The position numbers and the translations under genes are program-made. Positions 48,789-49,171 of a stretch of DNA of 49,171 nt are shown in pieces. The DNA is from Bilabrum cf. latius (Eukaryota): NCBI GenBank assembly GCA_965178125.1, contig CBCXTV010000009.1, positions 1 through 49,171 on the forward strand. Direction: 5' to 3'. The notes beneath the pieces are model-generated. The model made no database searches. It saw nothing but the letters and a program-made list of their open reading frames with translations, and was not told where the DNA came from. Position 1 is the first letter of the stretch. The number at the start of each line of letters is the position of its first letter.

Positions 48789-49171
48789 ACGGGCGCCGCT
48801 CGGAGAGCACCCGTATTGTCAGCAGGAAGCACGCACATTCCCATCAGTCGAAACACACCGCACACGAACTGACGCAGAAAAAAGAACCAACATAGAAGCG
48901 GAAAAATACAAAATGTCAGTCTTCAATGCCCAAAGTGAACTCGAAATACGCAAAAAGTTCTCAACATACAGTTTAAACACCACGATTGACCAAGAATAAA
49001 AGCACAGAAACCATCAAAGAGGGAGTTTTTTTTTTCGAAAATCAGTTCTCAAAGGGAAGGCCATTTCACTCGAAAAAATGCGGTGTCACCGCCGTCCTGT
49101 GTTTTTTAGGGGTTTACAAGGAAAAAGAGGCCATTTTGCTCGAAAAAAAACCATGGTGTCCCCAAAGCGGT

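Larger units (their letters stand above)
40777..49171 (+). mobile_element. diverged member of the same element family (partial)
   Basis: 40777-42646 aligns with unit 12411-14263 and 45585-49171 aligns with unit 2535-~6112, both with many substitutions; 42647-45584 is unique. Confidence 0.9.

Noticed and set aside
1-49171. Capsid, tRNA or rRNA genes
   Set aside because: No recognisable signatures; a divergent capsid among the orphan genes cannot be excluded without structure searches

Overview
GC-rich, apparently eukaryotic DNA. The predicted GC-AG introns with AG|G boundaries suggest a dinoflagellate-like host (inference). The window is a head-to-tail array of a ~14.65 kb unit: copy 1 at 1-14647, copy 2 at 14648-29297 and a partial copy 3 at 29298-40776. 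This is fused to a clearly diverged relative of the same element (40777-49171). Each unit carries an uninterrupted CRESS-DNA-virus-type Rep (HUH endonuclease plus SF3 helicase), a dead pogo-like DD35D transposase, several decayed orphan genes, the 5' part of a glycosyltransferase-like gene, (GCCC)n tracts and a GGCATGGATTTC minisatellite. Seven same-strand stem-loops per unit have different stems but share a conserved 16-nt loop (AACGAGCCYNNNGCCG). Copy 3 breaks at the apex of a perfect 43-bp palindrome. Best reading: a large rolling-circle (Rep-driven) mobile element with an associated DDE transposase and cargo, possibly undescribed. No capsid gene or TIRs were recognised. Most ORFs in the supplied track are artefacts of GC-rich repeats.
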